Shown here piece after piece: positions 1 to 9,704 of a stretch of 64,000 nt of DNA. Numbering within the stretch: the stretch's first letter is position 1; each line of letters opens with the position of its first letter. The translations under genes and the position numbers were made by a program. The notes beneath the pieces are model-generated. The model was not told the DNA's origin. It was given only the letters and a program-made list of their open reading frames with translations, and ran no database searches. Source of the DNA: an uncultured Lachnospiraceae bacterium (GTDB lineage Bacteria > Bacillota > Clostridia > Christensenellales > UBA1242); assembly GCA_964653635.1 (NCBI GenBank), contig CAZZGZ010000004.1:21718-85717 (forward strand), written 5' to 3'.

Positions 1-494
1 ACCGCAGTGAATGCCCATGGTTGATAGATTACACCCGCAATGGTATTTGGAAAGTCTGGACTTTCAACACGATTGAGTATTACTGCTGCAACTGCAACTT
101 GCCCTTCGTAACTTTCACCTCTAGCTTCCGCATAAACACACTTTGCAAGAAGGTACAAGTCTGAATTAGAGCTTGAGCTACTTGCGTTGGTGCCAGAAAG
201 ACTAATCCCTAAAGCCTTTGCAGTCTTAGTTCCAACAATACCATCAACCGTCAGTCCATAATCCCTTTGGAAATTTTTAACAGCGGTTCTGGTTTTACTA
301 CCAAATATACCATCTATACTGCCTGTGTAATAACCCAAATTTTTCAGTTTTTGTTGTACTTGTTTGTTTTGTGATGAAGTCAATGCCAAAACGGATTGTT
401 TTTCTATGTAATTATCAGCCGTTGCCAATGTCGTCACAACTGCACCACTAAAAAGCATACTCGTTGCCAGTGCGATTCCTAAAATTTTTCTCAT
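1..494 (-). CDS. sleB: spore cortex-lytic enzyme SleB-like (3' end runs off the window)
   Basis: Own translation from the ATG at 494 gives [17 protein letters not shown], a signal peptide. A PG_binding_1-like segment follows: [34 protein letters not shown]. Then comes the Hydrolase_2 motif [45 protein letters not shown]. The gene is absent from the ORF track because it is truncated. Confidence 0.8.
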   Translation of the reverse strand, partial: MRKILGIALATSMLFSGAVVTTLATADNYIEKQSVLALTSSQNKQVQQKLKNLGYYTGSIDGIFGSKTRTAVKNFQRDYGLTVDGIVGTKTAKALGISLSGTNASSSSSNSDLYLLAKCVYAEARGESYEGQVAVAAVILNRVESPDFPNTIAGVIYQPWAFTA

Positions 495-505
495 AAAAAC
501 TCCTT

Positions 506-1033
506 TTATTTTTTGCCTATACTTCTAATTATTTCCAAAATTTTAGAAATATACACAAAATTTGTCGAATTTTCGGAAGAAGTAAAACATAAAGGAGGAT
601 AAACTACACACCACCAATTATCACCTTCACCCATGCCTAAATTTAAAATTAATGCGTCATAATACCCCGATTCTAAAACTAAATTATCATATTTTCTTGT
701 CGGAAATTCTTCTTCACAAAGTAAAGCTGTACTTGTATATAAAAATCCGTTTTCTTCTAACACCCTATTTGCAACATTTTCAATAAATAGTAAATTTTGT
801 TGCAAAATTTCAAAAGCGTCTTCCTTACTGCGAACATCAGCAAGTAAAGGAATGAGTGAATCTACAACTTCATCTTTAACTTTGTATTTTACTTCTTGAT
901 CAATAGCACTATTTGAGTTCGCCCGAATATGAATTCTTAAATACTCATTCTCTTCATTTTTACCCATGCCTTGAAATATACAAATCAAAACAATCACAAT
1001 AACTATCATAATACTGAACAAGATTTTTTTCAT
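506..1033 (-). CDS. spoIIR: stage II sporulation protein R
   Basis: 175 aa with an N-terminal TM/signal segment. It carries [25 protein letters not shown] and a C-terminal [16 protein letters not shown], both typical of SpoIIR. Confidence 0.85.
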   Translation of the reverse strand: MKKILFSIMIVIVIVLICIFQGMGKNEENEYLRIHIRANSNSAIDQEVKYKVKDEVVDSLIPLLADVRSKEDAFEILQQNLLFIENVANRVLEENGFLYTSTALLCEEEFPTRKYDNLVLESGYYDALILNLGMGEGDNWWCVVYPPLCFTSSENSTNFVYISKILEIIRSIGKK

Positions 1034-1050
1034 AAGTTATTTTTGTTAGA

Positions 1051-1086
1051 AAAAAATAAAAAAAATCGCAAAAAATTGCGATTTTT
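1051..1086 (-). terminator. rho-independent terminator after the DUF3794 gene
   Basis: Perfect 11-bp inverted repeat aaaaatcgcaa/ttgcgattttt (1061-1071 / 1076-1086) with a 4-nt loop. On the minus strand a T-rich tract follows. Confidence 0.55.
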
Positions 1087-1099
1087 TAACACATTTTAA

Positions 1100-2614
1100 C
1101 TAATTATGTGTTTTTTGAAAATAGAGTAATATCTTTTCATTCTGTTCAAGTGGAAATGTAATCTCAGGGTTTTGATATATCACAGTCTCCTCTTTGACTT
1201 TTGCACTTTTTGCAATATCCCAAGCTGATTGACCAGCTTTTGCAAAAAATAATTCCATTGCATAATCCCTATCCTCAAACACTTCTCCTTCAATTATATT
1301 AGATATAACTGCTGAAATTTCGCTATCACTAAAAATCACAAAGCCCTTAATCTTAGCATCTAATGATAGTTCTCTACCTTTTTTTACAGAAACATCAAGA
1401 TCAGTAAGGCAAACATCAAAATCAAAATTATTTCCAGTGGCATTTGTTTTATCCGAGACAACAAACGGCGAACTTATTTCTACTGACTTTATGCTATTTG
1501 TATCATCGTTGAGATAAACAACGGTAGCGTTTGCTATCCCTTCAAGATAAATCTCGTTACCTTCAAGATACGAATTTGTTATTTCTAGCGAACCTGCACT
1601 GACAAATAAGATTTTATCAATTCTGCCCTCTTCTTCACTTAGTGTGAGTCCCCCAGAAAATTTACTTTCAAATTCTCCACTCTTTACATTACTTAACATA
1701 TCAAATGATGATGTACTCAACTCTAATTCACATTTTGTTGAATAAATATCCTTTATCACTTTTAAACTCTCTTCACGATAAGCACATACTTTTACACACA
1801 AAGGCAAGGTAATAGTAATAGAAAATGTCTTATCACTTTCCTCTATATCTACTTTAGTTTCATTATTTATCACACAAACTTTTGCTTCTACAATACTATT
1901 TCTATTTATACCATCTAGTTCGATTTCGTCTTTAAACGTGTCGGATAAGGTCATTGTCTCAAATCGATCATCATTATTAGCAAACACAACATCGGTTTCA
2001 ATCTCTCCAGACACCGACACAAAGTTTACTCCAGACTCAACGTTTTTAAGAACAGCCTCACTTTTTGTACAAATAATTTTCTTTATGCCGTTTTTTGCAT
2101 TCCCTTTTAGTTCTTCTATAAGTTTTGTTCTACAACAGCCGATGAATTTTACTACTTTAATTTCATCTTCCTTACAAGCTGTGTTTACATCATCACTTTT
2201 TACGCTAGATACATTATATGGTTTTACAACATATCCATTAAAGCAAATTTCACATTCAACCTTAATTTCATTAATACTTGCACTTTTAATGTTGCACTTT
2301 TTTAAATTTGTTTTAATCATTTCGTGACAAGTTGACGAAATCTTTTCATCCTGTAGCTCATACGTCCATGGAAAGGTCATACATTCTGTTGAGACTTCAT
2401 CATTCTCATTAATAAATATTGCACATAACCCAATTACCCCAGATAAATTACATTTACCATCAGATACATCGATATCGTTTTCTGTGACCTCACCAGAAAC
2501 TGCCAAAATCTTTTTTAATCCCAGATTACCAGAAATTAAACAATCAACATTCAACGTCTTTTCATCAATTTTTTCCTTTTTTACAATTTCAAAATCTTGA
2601 TTTATTAATGCCAT
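1100..2614 (-). CDS. DUF3794-type sporulation protein with C-terminal LysM-like domain (SipL-like)
   Basis: 504 aa, similar in length and architecture to clostridial SipL. The C-terminal FFAKAGQSAWDIAKSAKVKEETVIYQNPEITFPLEQNEKILLY fits a LysM pattern. It is adjacent to spoIIR and sleB. The family call is from pattern only. Confidence 0.5.
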   Translation of the reverse strand: MALINQDFEIVKKEKIDEKTLNVDCLISGNLGLKKILAVSGEVTENDIDVSDGKCNLSGVIGLCAIFINENDEVSTECMTFPWTYELQDEKISSTCHEMIKTNLKKCNIKSASINEIKVECEICFNGYVVKPYNVSSVKSDDVNTACKEDEIKVVKFIGCCRTKLIEELKGNAKNGIKKIICTKSEAVLKNVESGVNFVSVSGEIETDVVFANNDDRFETMTLSDTFKDEIELDGINRNSIVEAKVCVINNETKVDIEESDKTFSITITLPLCVKVCAYREESLKVIKDIYSTKCELELSTSSFDMLSNVKSGEFESKFSGGLTLSEEEGRIDKILFVSAGSLEITNSYLEGNEIYLEGIANATVVYLNDDTNSIKSVEISSPFVVSDKTNATGNNFDFDVCLTDLDVSVKKGRELSLDAKIKGFVIFSDSEISAVISNIIEGEVFEDRDYAMELFFAKAGQSAWDIAKSAKVKEETVIYQNPEITFPLEQNEKILLYFQKTHN

Positions 2615-2751
2615 AGTTCCTCCAAAATTTAACTATGATATTCTATTTAAAATCACAAAAATTTATGACAAAAATGTTTAAAAGTTTTTATTAAGTTAAA
2701 AATTCATATAAAATATAGAACTGAATTTAACATATATTATAAGGAGTAAAT

Positions 2752-2982
2752 ATGAGAAAAATAGTTAAAGGTTTGGAAGATGTAAAAACTAAAATTTCAG
2801 CCCTCAAAGGAAAACCTGTTGAAATGAGCGTGAATCGAGGAAGAAAAAAAATAGAAAATTTGTCAGCGACTATTAAAGATGTTTATCCTAGCGTATTCAC
2901 AGTGAAAACACCCGATGAAAAAGTGCAAACGTTCTCCTATTTCGATGTTATGTGTGGAAATGTTATGATTGAAAGTGAATAA
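2752..2982 (+). CDS. veg: Veg (biofilm/sporulation-associated small DNA-binding protein)
   Basis: 76 aa. GKPVEMSVNRGRKKIENLSATIKDVYPSVFTV...FSYFDVMCGNV aligns with B. subtilis Veg ([32 protein letters not shown]...SYSYADIL). An AAGGAG Shine-Dalgarno (SD) sequence lies upstream. Confidence 0.8.
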   Translation: MRKIVKGLEDVKTKISALKGKPVEMSVNRGRKKIENLSATIKDVYPSVFTVKTPDEKVQTFSYFDVMCGNVMIESE

Positions 2983-3055
2983 TAAATGTCCAAAAATGAT
3001 TAAATCGTTATTATAAACGAAAGCAACTTGCAATACAATTAATTTTTAATGATAA

Positions 3056-3084
3056 AAAACATCTTCAATATTTGAAAATGTTTT
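3056..3084. terminator. AT-rich hairpin between convergent veg and rpe
   Basis: aaaacatcttcaa / ttgaaaatgtttt forms a 13-bp stem with one mismatch and a 3-nt loop. The stem has very low GC, so it would be weak. Confidence 0.35.
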
Positions 3085-3143
3085 ACTATATATTATAGTA
3101 TTATGTAAATAATACATACTATATATATGAATACTTCTGTATT

Positions 3144-3812
3144 TTATTCACATTGTAATATTCTATTTATAGCTTCTTGTTTATTCTTTGACTTAAATAC
3201 AAAACTCCCACTTACAACTATATCTGCTCCTGCTTCAATTATTTCCTTTGCATTTTTGTCATTTATTCCACCATCAACTTCAATCTTAAAATTCAAATTA
3301 TTACTTCGTCTAAATTCATTAATCTCTATAATCTTTTCTAGTACATAAGGGTCAAATTCTTGTTCCCCTTCTCCAATTTCCACACCCATAATCAAAATAA
3401 GATCAACCGAATATACATATGGTTTGATTTCCTTAAAAGGTGTCTCTTTCTTTATAGCAAGTCCAAAAAGAGTGCGTGTGCTTTTTACCTTTGCAATAAT
3501 ATTCATAATTTTATTTTTATCTTTAATACCTTCGTAATGCAGTGATAAAATATTTGCTCCTGCATCAATATACTCCATGAAATGTTCTTCAGGCTTTTCA
3601 ATCATTAAATGAACATCTAACATTATTGCAGAATTGGCATTCACTGCCTTTACAACAGAAGCATCATAAGTATATGCCTCAACAAAGTTCCCATCCATAA
3701 CATCACAATGAAGAAAATCTGCTTTATTTTGCAAAAATTTTGCATAGTCAACAATTTGTTCATAGTCTTCAATAGGCATCGTCGAAACTGAAATACATAC
3801 ATTATTTTTCAT
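3144..3812 (-). CDS. rpe: ribulose-phosphate 3-epimerase
   Basis: 222 aa with LHCDVMDGNFV, DVHLM and VDGGIN motifs. It occupies the conserved position after rsgA. Confidence 0.9.
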   Translation of the reverse strand: MKNNVCISVSTMPIEDYEQIVDYAKFLQNKADFLHCDVMDGNFVEAYTYDASVVKAVNANSAIMLDVHLMIEKPEEHFMEYIDAGANILSLHYEGIKDKNKIMNIIAKVKSTRTLFGLAIKKETPFKEIKPYVYSVDLILIMGVEIGEGEQEFDPYVLEKIIEINEFRRSNNLNFKIEVDGGINDKNAKEIIEAGADIVVSGSFVFKSKNKQEAINRILQCE

Positions 3813-3820
3813 AAAATCTC

Positions 3821-4645
3821 CTAAAAGTTCTTATTTTTTAAAGCATTTAAAATATTAAGATAATTATTATATCTAATCCGTGAAATTTCTCCTCGTTCTA
3901 CTGCGAGCTTGACTGCACACTCTTGCTCATGACTATGCGAACAATTATTAAATTTACATAAATTATCATACTGTTTGAAATCACTATAAAGTTCTCTTAA
4001 ATCTCTTGCCGTTAACTTCATAAATTTAACATCTAACATAGAAAAGCCAGCTGTATCGGCAAGATAACCATTTTCACATACATAAAGAGTCACAAGTCTT
4101 GTCGTTTGTTTTCCACGTTCTACTTTTTTAGCTAAATCACCCACTTTAACATGCTCATTAAAAATTGCATTGATAAGAGAGGACTTACCTACAGCACTTT
4201 GCCCCGCCATGGCACATACCCCATAAATCTCCTTCTTTACACTTTCAATTTTACCATATTTAGCTGAAGTTATCAAAACATTCGCAACATTTTTGTATAT
4301 TCTGGTTATATTGGCAATAAACTGCTCACTGGCAGAGTCGCTCTTATTTATGACAATGTGTGGTATAATGTCGTTTATAAGACAATAAATGATAATCTTA
4401 TCAACAAGAAGTAAGTCTGGCTTAGGTATTTCTGCAACGACAATAAATAACTTATCAAGGTTAGCTATTGGCGGTCTTATAAGCAAGTTTTTTCTCTCAT
4501 AAACCGATTCAATAATATCCTTATTTGCTTCAACGTAATCTCCTACGTATACGCCATCTAAGTTAAGATTTTTTCTAACAGGATAATATTTACCATCTTC
4601 TAATTTGAAAAGATTGGCATTTTTTTCTAAAACAATACTTTTCAA
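3821..4645 (-). CDS. rsgA: ribosome small-subunit-dependent GTPase A
   Basis: 274 aa with the circularly permuted GTPase features INKSD, GQSAVGKSSLINA and the zinc knuckle CKFNNCSHSHEQECAV. Confidence 0.9.
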   Translation of the reverse strand: MKSIVLEKNANLFKLEDGKYYPVRKNLNLDGVYVGDYVEANKDIIESVYERKNLLIRPPIANLDKLFIVVAEIPKPDLLLVDKIIIYCLINDIIPHIVINKSDSASEQFIANITRIYKNVANVLITSAKYGKIESVKKEIYGVCAMAGQSAVGKSSLINAIFNEHVKVGDLAKKVERGKQTTRLVTLYVCENGYLADTAGFSMLDVKFMKLTARDLRELYSDFKQYDNLCKFNNCSHSHEQECAVKLAVERGEISRIRYNNYLNILNALKNKNF

Positions 4646-5668
4646 TTATCCCTCCAAATAAGATGCACGAAGCTGACCACACGCACCATTGATGTCTTCA
4701 CCCATAGTTCTTCTTACAGTGGCTGAAATCCCTAACTTTGTCAATTTTTCACAAATTCTATATGCCTCTTTTCGTGTAGCCCCAGTAAGTGACCTTTCCT
4801 TAACGGTATTAAGTGGAATTAAATTTACATGACATGATAAACCTCTTAATGCCTTTGCAAGTTTAGCAATATCATCATCACTAGTATTTTGCCCCGATAT
4901 AAGGGAATATTCAAATATTATCCTACGTCCAGTCTTTGAAAAATAATATTTACACGCTTCTAAAATTTCTTTAACACTATACGCATTTGCTATAGGCATA
5001 ATCTTTTTACGTTTTTCATCCACTGCATGATGGAGAGAAACTGTTAATGTTATATTCAGTCCTTCATCTGCTAATCTATAAATATTTGGCACAATGCCAC
5101 AAGTTGAAAGGGATATGTTTCGCTCGCTAATGTTTAATCCCTCTTTACAAGTTAGAAGTTTGATGAATTTATAAACGTTATCATAGTTATCTAATGGTTC
5201 ACCGCTCCCCATCAACACGACATTTGTCACCGTTCTTTTAACACCATCTCCCATTATCTTGTTGAAATATAAGACTTGTTCAAGTATCTCTCCCGCAGTT
5301 AAATTTCGTACAAGTCCAGCGAGAGTAGACGCACAAAATTTACATCCCATCCTACATCCTACCTGCGTAGAAACACAAACTGTATTCCCATAGCTATAAG
5401 GCAAAAGTACACTTTCTACAATGTTACAATCCTTAAATCTCATCAAAATTTTTGTAGTACCATCAGAACTTGTTAAGGTTTTTATAACATCAAAATTTGG
5501 GTAGATATCTTTTATTGTATCCTTCACAGATTTAGGCAAATTTGTTATATTTTCAAGTTTCTTCCCTTGATATATCGCTTCATAAATTTGTTTTGCACGA
5601 TATTTTTCAATTCCTAAGTTCTCAACATACGCAAGCATCTCATCTAAACTTAAATCAATTAAATTCAC
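4646..5668 (-). CDS. rlmN: 23S rRNA/tRNA (adenine-C2)-methyltransferase, radical SAM
   Basis: 340 aa with YRAKQIYEAIY at the N-terminus, the radical-SAM motif CRMGCKFCAS, and a C-terminal GACGQL. Confidence 0.92.
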   Translation of the reverse strand: MNLIDLSLDEMLAYVENLGIEKYRAKQIYEAIYQGKKLENITNLPKSVKDTIKDIYPNFDVIKTLTSSDGTTKILMRFKDCNIVESVLLPYSYGNTVCVSTQVGCRMGCKFCASTLAGLVRNLTAGEILEQVLYFNKIMGDGVKRTVTNVVLMGSGEPLDNYDNVYKFIKLLTCKEGLNISERNISLSTCGIVPNIYRLADEGLNITLTVSLHHAVDEKRKKIMPIANAYSVKEILEACKYYFSKTGRRIIFEYSLISGQNTSDDDIAKLAKALRGLSCHVNLIPLNTVKERSLTGATRKEAYRICEKLTKLGISATVRRTMGEDINGACGQLRASYLEG

Positions 5669-6579
5669 TCATCAACCTCACTTGCAGTAATTTTGTGTCC
5701 ATTATAAAAACTTAAATAATCCATTTCTTTACTACCAGCAATTTGAATCCTAGTAATTTCCACAGCACCACTTTTACACTTTATTATAAGATGTTTTCTT
5801 GTTTCCATGATAGTTCCGGCTTTAATATCTTCTAAACATTGTAAAGCCTTTGCAAAATGAACAAAATATTTTTCACCTCCTGCAAAAAAGTACGCAGTGT
5901 TAAACCCCTTTAATGATTTTACCTTAGATGCCACTAATTCTGCTTCAATATTAAAATCTAATTTACAATCTTGTGTGTTTATTAGTTTGCAAAATGTCGC
6001 ATGGTCTTCATCCTGTTTTATAAATTTTGCAGTACCCATTTCTATCTGTCTTATTGCTTTTACACATAATTCCCCGCCAATGGTTGCAAGTTTGTCATGA
6101 AGCGTTGAATAAGTGTCATCTTCATGTATGATTACAGACTGTTGCAATAATATATCACCAGCATCCACTGCCTTAACGGTCTTCATAATTGTAACCCCCG
6201 TAATCCTTTCACCATTAGCAATCGCAGATTGAATAGGTGTTGCTCCACGATATTTAGGCAAAAGCGAAGGATGAACATTAATACAAGGAGCGATTGACAA
6301 AAAACTCTCTGGAAGAATTTGTCCAAAACTCGCTGTAACGCTAAGCTCAAAATCTATATTTTTTATTTCGTCAATACAATTCTTAAGTTTGTCAAATTGA
6401 TACAAATATATTCCATACTTAAAGGATATACTTTTTAATTCGCTTGCTATGGTCTTATTCCCTTTAGCATTTGGTTTGTCTATGCCCGTTACCACCCCGA
6501 CAACATTAATGCCAGAATCTAACAAATGTTGAAGTACTATGCTAGAAAATTTTGGCGAGCCTAAAAATAAAACTTTCAT
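5665..6579 (-). CDS. fmt: methionyl-tRNA formyltransferase
   Basis: 304 aa with MKVLFLGSPKFS, INVHPSLLPKYRGATPIQ and ITGVTIM motifs. It overlaps rlmN by 4 nt. Confidence 0.92.
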   Translation of the reverse strand: MKVLFLGSPKFSSIVLQHLLDSGINVVGVVTGIDKPNAKGNKTIASELKSISFKYGIYLYQFDKLKNCIDEIKNIDFELSVTASFGQILPESFLSIAPCINVHPSLLPKYRGATPIQSAIANGERITGVTIMKTVKAVDAGDILLQQSVIIHEDDTYSTLHDKLATIGGELCVKAIRQIEMGTAKFIKQDEDHATFCKLINTQDCKLDFNIEAELVASKVKSLKGFNTAYFFAGGEKYFVHFAKALQCLEDIKAGTIMETRKHLIIKCKSGAVEITRIQIAGSKEMDYLSFYNGHKITASEVDE

Positions 6580-6588
6580 TTTTCACCT

Positions 6589-7047
6589 CTATTTAAAATA
6601 CTTCATGCCATTTTTAGATATATCAACGAATAATTTTCCATCTAAATGATCAATTTCATGACAAATACACCTTGCAAGCAGATCTGTTCCAGTAATTGTA
6701 AACTCTACTCCAAATCTGTCCTGTGCCTTACATGTAACTACTTTTGGACGTTCCACAAAATCAAAAAATTTAGGAACGCTCAAACAACCTTCTTCCTCAT
6801 ATTGTTTTCCTGAAGAAGAGAGTATAATAGGATTGATAAGCTCAAGATACATACCATTGACATCAACCACAACAATCCTTCGTAAAACTCCTATCTGTGG
6901 TGCTGCAAGCCCTATTCCATTTGCCTTGTACAAAGTATCCTTCATATCGTCAAGTAATACGTGAAGATCTTTGTCAAAAAGATGAACGGCTTTACTCGAC
7001 TTACGCAAAGTATCATTGCCAATGGTTAATATTTTTCTTACTGCCAT
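6589..7047 (-). CDS. def: peptide deformylase
   Basis: Motifs GIGLAAPQIG, EGCLS and HEIDHLDG. The start is moved to the ATG at 7047 (MAVRKIL), which is preceded by a TAGGAGAG SD. The ORF-track start at 7086 would overlap priA. Confidence 0.92.
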   Translation of the reverse strand: MAVRKILTIGNDTLRKSSKAVHLFDKDLHVLLDDMKDTLYKANGIGLAAPQIGVLRRIVVVDVNGMYLELINPIILSSSGKQYEEEGCLSVPKFFDFVERPKVVTCKAQDRFGVEFTITGTDLLARCICHEIDHLDGKLFVDISKNGMKYFK

Positions 7048-7057
7048 ATCTACTCTC

Positions 7058-9232
7058 CTATGATAAATTAGTTGGATTAGTTTCAAAAAACATTGAGGTT
7101 TTTACCTCATCACAACAATTATATATCTCCTTTTCCAAATTGTCAATATCTTTTAATCTAAGTCTCATAAGAATTTGATATCTAAACTTATTCTGCATCT
7201 TCTTAATTGGGGATTTCATGGCATCAAGAAAAATAAAACTATCCAAATATTTTTCCTTTAGTTGTTTAATCTTGGTATAAACGTTCTTAACGTCAGCTAT
7301 TACTTTATTCTCATCTTGTGATACGAAAAGTATTCGAATAATTTTACTATAAGGAGGAAAATTAGTTGCTTTACGAAGTGAAACTTCCTTTTCAAAAAAA
7401 CCTCTATAATCGTAACGTTGTGCAAATTTATAAACATAGTGTTTTGGTGCGTAAGTTTGTAACAATACTCTCCCTTCATTGTTACTCCTTCCAGCACGCC
7501 CTGCTACTTGAGTGATTAACTGAAATGTTCTCATTGCACTTCTGTAATCCGCTTGAAACAGACTTTGATCAGCATCTACAATTCCAACAAAAATCACATC
7601 TTCAAAATCATGACCTTTAGCAATCATTTGAGTACCTACCAAAATACAAGGTTTGGTATTTTTAAATTCAGTAAGAATCTTTTGATGCGAATTTTTCTTA
7701 GATGTGGTATCAGCATCCATTCTTAAAACTTTCACACTTGGAAAAAATTTTTTCAATGTTTCTACAACTCTCTCTGTCCCCACAGCACCCATTTTTAAAT
7801 TTGTACTATGACACTTAGGACAATTAGTGAGTGGTTTATATTTTTTTCCACAAAAATGGCATTTTAAAAAATTATCCTCTTTGTGATATACAAGTTTGGC
7901 ATCACACGAAATACAGCTTGCCACATATCCACATTCTCTACACATCTGAAAAGACGAAAAGCCTCGCCTGTTAATAAATATCATTGCTTGCTTATTTGAG
8001 TTTATAACATTCGCAAGTTCGCTAATCATTCTAGTTGAAAATATTTCATTGTTCCCTAATCTTAGTTCAAGCATCATATCTACTATTTCAATATTTGGCA
8101 TTGGTCTTTTATTTACACGTTCTGGCATTTCCAGAAGCTGATACTCACCATCAAGGGCCTTTGCATATGATTCTATAGATGGAGTTGCACTTCCTAACAC
8201 GAGCGGGCAATGGTTATAATTGGCTCTAAACTTAGCAATGTCTTGTGTATTATAACGAGGATTACTTTCAGAAATATAACTCTGTTCATGCTCTTCGTCA
8301 ATTATTATAACTCCAACATTTTCAACAGGTGCAAATATTGCTGATCTCGCACCTATAACAACTCTTGCTTGCTCAGTAAAAATACGTTTCCATTCATCAT
8401 ACTTTTCACCAGCAGATAAACTGCTATGAAGAACAGCTACTTTATCCCCAAATCTAGCTTTGAAATTTGCCATAACTTGTGGAGTAAGTGAAATCTCTGG
8501 AACAAGCATTATAGCATTTTTATTTTGCTTAAGAGCTTTTTCTATGATACTCATATATACCTCTGTTTTTCCAGAACCAGTAACACCATGTAAAAGATAA
8601 GTCTTGCATTCATTTATGTTGTCTACTGCATTTTTCTGAAGAGGCGTAAGTTCTACTTTTTTATCATTTATATTCTCAAAAAATGGTACTCTATTAATCT
8701 GCTCATGTTCGATTGTTATAATATTTTTTTTCAATAATTCATTCAGCACTGCTGATGAAAACTTAGACAAGACTTCACTTTTTTTTGTTCGTCCATTGGT
8801 CTTCAAAAATTCAATAAGTTCTATTTGTTTTTTTGCTTTTTGAGAAACTTCAAGCTCTTTACAATTTAATTTCACATAGCTTGTATATAATTCCTTAACC
8901 TTCCCTTCTCGCATTTCACTTGGCAAAAAAAGTCGTAATATAGATGTCATTTTTAAGTGATACTTTTCACACATAAATCGCATAAGTTTGAGCATTTCTG
9001 TTTTAATAACAGGCTCAGTGTCTATGATAGATGATATACACTTTAATTTTGAAATATCATAATTACTTTTTTCATTTATTGAAACAACAAATCCTTGTAA
9101 TATTCTATTCCCAAAAGGCACAAAAACACGCTGTCCGACTTTCACCTCGGGCAATGATATATACTCAAATTCTTTATCTAAGGCTTTTACATCTTGATCA
9201 ATAACTACAGATGCAAATTTATTATTTTCCAC
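7058..9232 (-). CDS. priA: primosomal protein N' (replication restart helicase)
   Basis: 724 aa with Walker [12 protein letters not shown], the DEEH box and Cys4 zinc-binding clusters (CRECG...CISC; CHFCG...CPKC). Confidence 0.92.
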   Translation of the reverse strand: MENNKFASVVIDQDVKALDKEFEYISLPEVKVGQRVFVPFGNRILQGFVVSINEKSNYDISKLKCISSIIDTEPVIKTEMLKLMRFMCEKYHLKMTSILRLFLPSEMREGKVKELYTSYVKLNCKELEVSQKAKKQIELIEFLKTNGRTKKSEVLSKFSSAVLNELLKKNIITIEHEQINRVPFFENINDKKVELTPLQKNAVDNINECKTYLLHGVTGSGKTEVYMSIIEKALKQNKNAIMLVPEISLTPQVMANFKARFGDKVAVLHSSLSAGEKYDEWKRIFTEQARVVIGARSAIFAPVENVGVIIIDEEHEQSYISESNPRYNTQDIAKFRANYNHCPLVLGSATPSIESYAKALDGEYQLLEMPERVNKRPMPNIEIVDMMLELRLGNNEIFSTRMISELANVINSNKQAMIFINRRGFSSFQMCRECGYVASCISCDAKLVYHKEDNFLKCHFCGKKYKPLTNCPKCHSTNLKMGAVGTERVVETLKKFFPSVKVLRMDADTTSKKNSHQKILTEFKNTKPCILVGTQMIAKGHDFEDVIFVGIVDADQSLFQADYRSAMRTFQLITQVAGRAGRSNNEGRVLLQTYAPKHYVYKFAQRYDYRGFFEKEVSLRKATNFPPYSKIIRILFVSQDENKVIADVKNVYTKIKQLKEKYLDSFIFLDAMKSPIKKMQNKFRYQILMRLRLKDIDNLEKEIYNCCDEVKTSMFFETNPTNLS

Positions 9233-9275
9233 ACTCTATTCTATCATATATAAGAAAAAAAATAAAGAAATTAAC

Positions 9276-9298
9276 AAAAATAAAACAACCTAAGGTTG
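9276..9298 (-). terminator. weak hairpin between rpoZ and priA
   Basis: caacc-taa-ggttg (9286-9298), followed on the minus strand by TTTTATTTTT. The stem is only 5 bp. Confidence 0.35.
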
Positions 9299-9300
9299 CT

Positions 9301-9519
9301 CTATTCTTCATCATCAAAAACATTATTTGAGACAATTAATCCGTTTTCGATTTCTTCAAGTGCTAAGGTAATAGATTTCTTATCCGCAGTAGCAAGCTGT
9401 TCCTTCATACCAGGTCTACTTTCAATGGCTTTTGCTTCTTTCGCAGCTACAATAGCAAGTACATATTTATTTCCATCCATTTTTTTTAGCAAATTGTCTA
9501 TAGGTGGCAAAATCATCAT
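9301..9519 (-). CDS. rpoZ: DNA-directed RNA polymerase subunit omega
   Basis: MMILPPIDNLLKKMDGNKYVLAIVAAKEAKAI matches the RpoZ N-terminus. The ATG at 9519 lies 6 nt after a GAGG SD. The ORF-track start at 9531 is a GTG inside that SD. Confidence 0.85.
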   Translation of the reverse strand: MMILPPIDNLLKKMDGNKYVLAIVAAKEAKAIESRPGMKEQLATADKKSITLALEEIENGLIVSNNVFDDEE

Positions 9520-9539
9520 AATATACCTCACTTGATTAT

Positions 9540-9568
9540 ATTATATCACAAAATCATTTTAATGTAAA
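9540..9568 (-). promoter_or_regulatory. sigma-A-type promoter for rpoZ
   Basis: On the minus strand: TTTACA (9568-9563), a 17-nt spacer, then the extended -10 TGaTATAAT (9548-9540). It lies about 20 nt upstream of the rpoZ ATG. Confidence 0.5.
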
Positions 9569-9704
9569 GAGAAAAGAAGATTATTTTCAATTTTTAGTGT
9601 ACATAGCATATTAACCATTTTCCCGAAAACTACATAGTTTGATAATAGGTTATGCTAAATAACTTTGTGAGAGTTTTTAGTATAACCGACACAAAGGAGA
9701 AATT

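Noticed and set aside
1938-2327. Antisense ORFs inside long genes: 1938-2327, 13215-13634, 18643-19002, 21316-21810, 32517-32888, 37173-37538, 39351-39713, 56030-56398 and 60708-61229.
   Set aside because: - Each lies opposite a well-supported conserved gene.
- They lack SDs and have low-complexity S/L/F/I-rich translations typical of antisense frames in AT-rich DNA.
3084-3111. dif-like sequence: TTATGTAAAT (3101-3110) matches the conserved XerD-arm core of Firmicute dif sites (TTATGTAAACT), in an AT-rich intergenic region.
   Set aside because: - The 11 nt that would form the XerC arm (tactatatatt) do not match ACTTCCTAGAA-type arms.
- The locus lies among rpoB and ribosomal-type genes, which usually lie nearer the origin than the terminus.
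- The match is better explained as part of a 7-bp inverted repeat (gtattat-gtaa-ataatac) in low-complexity A/T sequence.
9602-9641. Sigma-K-like promoter motifs (CATAgcaTA at 9602-9610; AC-17-CATAgttTG at 9614-9641) upstream of the collagen-like gene.
   Set aside because: - The first motif lacks the AC at the right spacing.
- The second ends in TG instead of TA.
- Short A/T-rich motifs arise by chance in this sequence.
- I mention it only as a hypothesis in the BclA finding.
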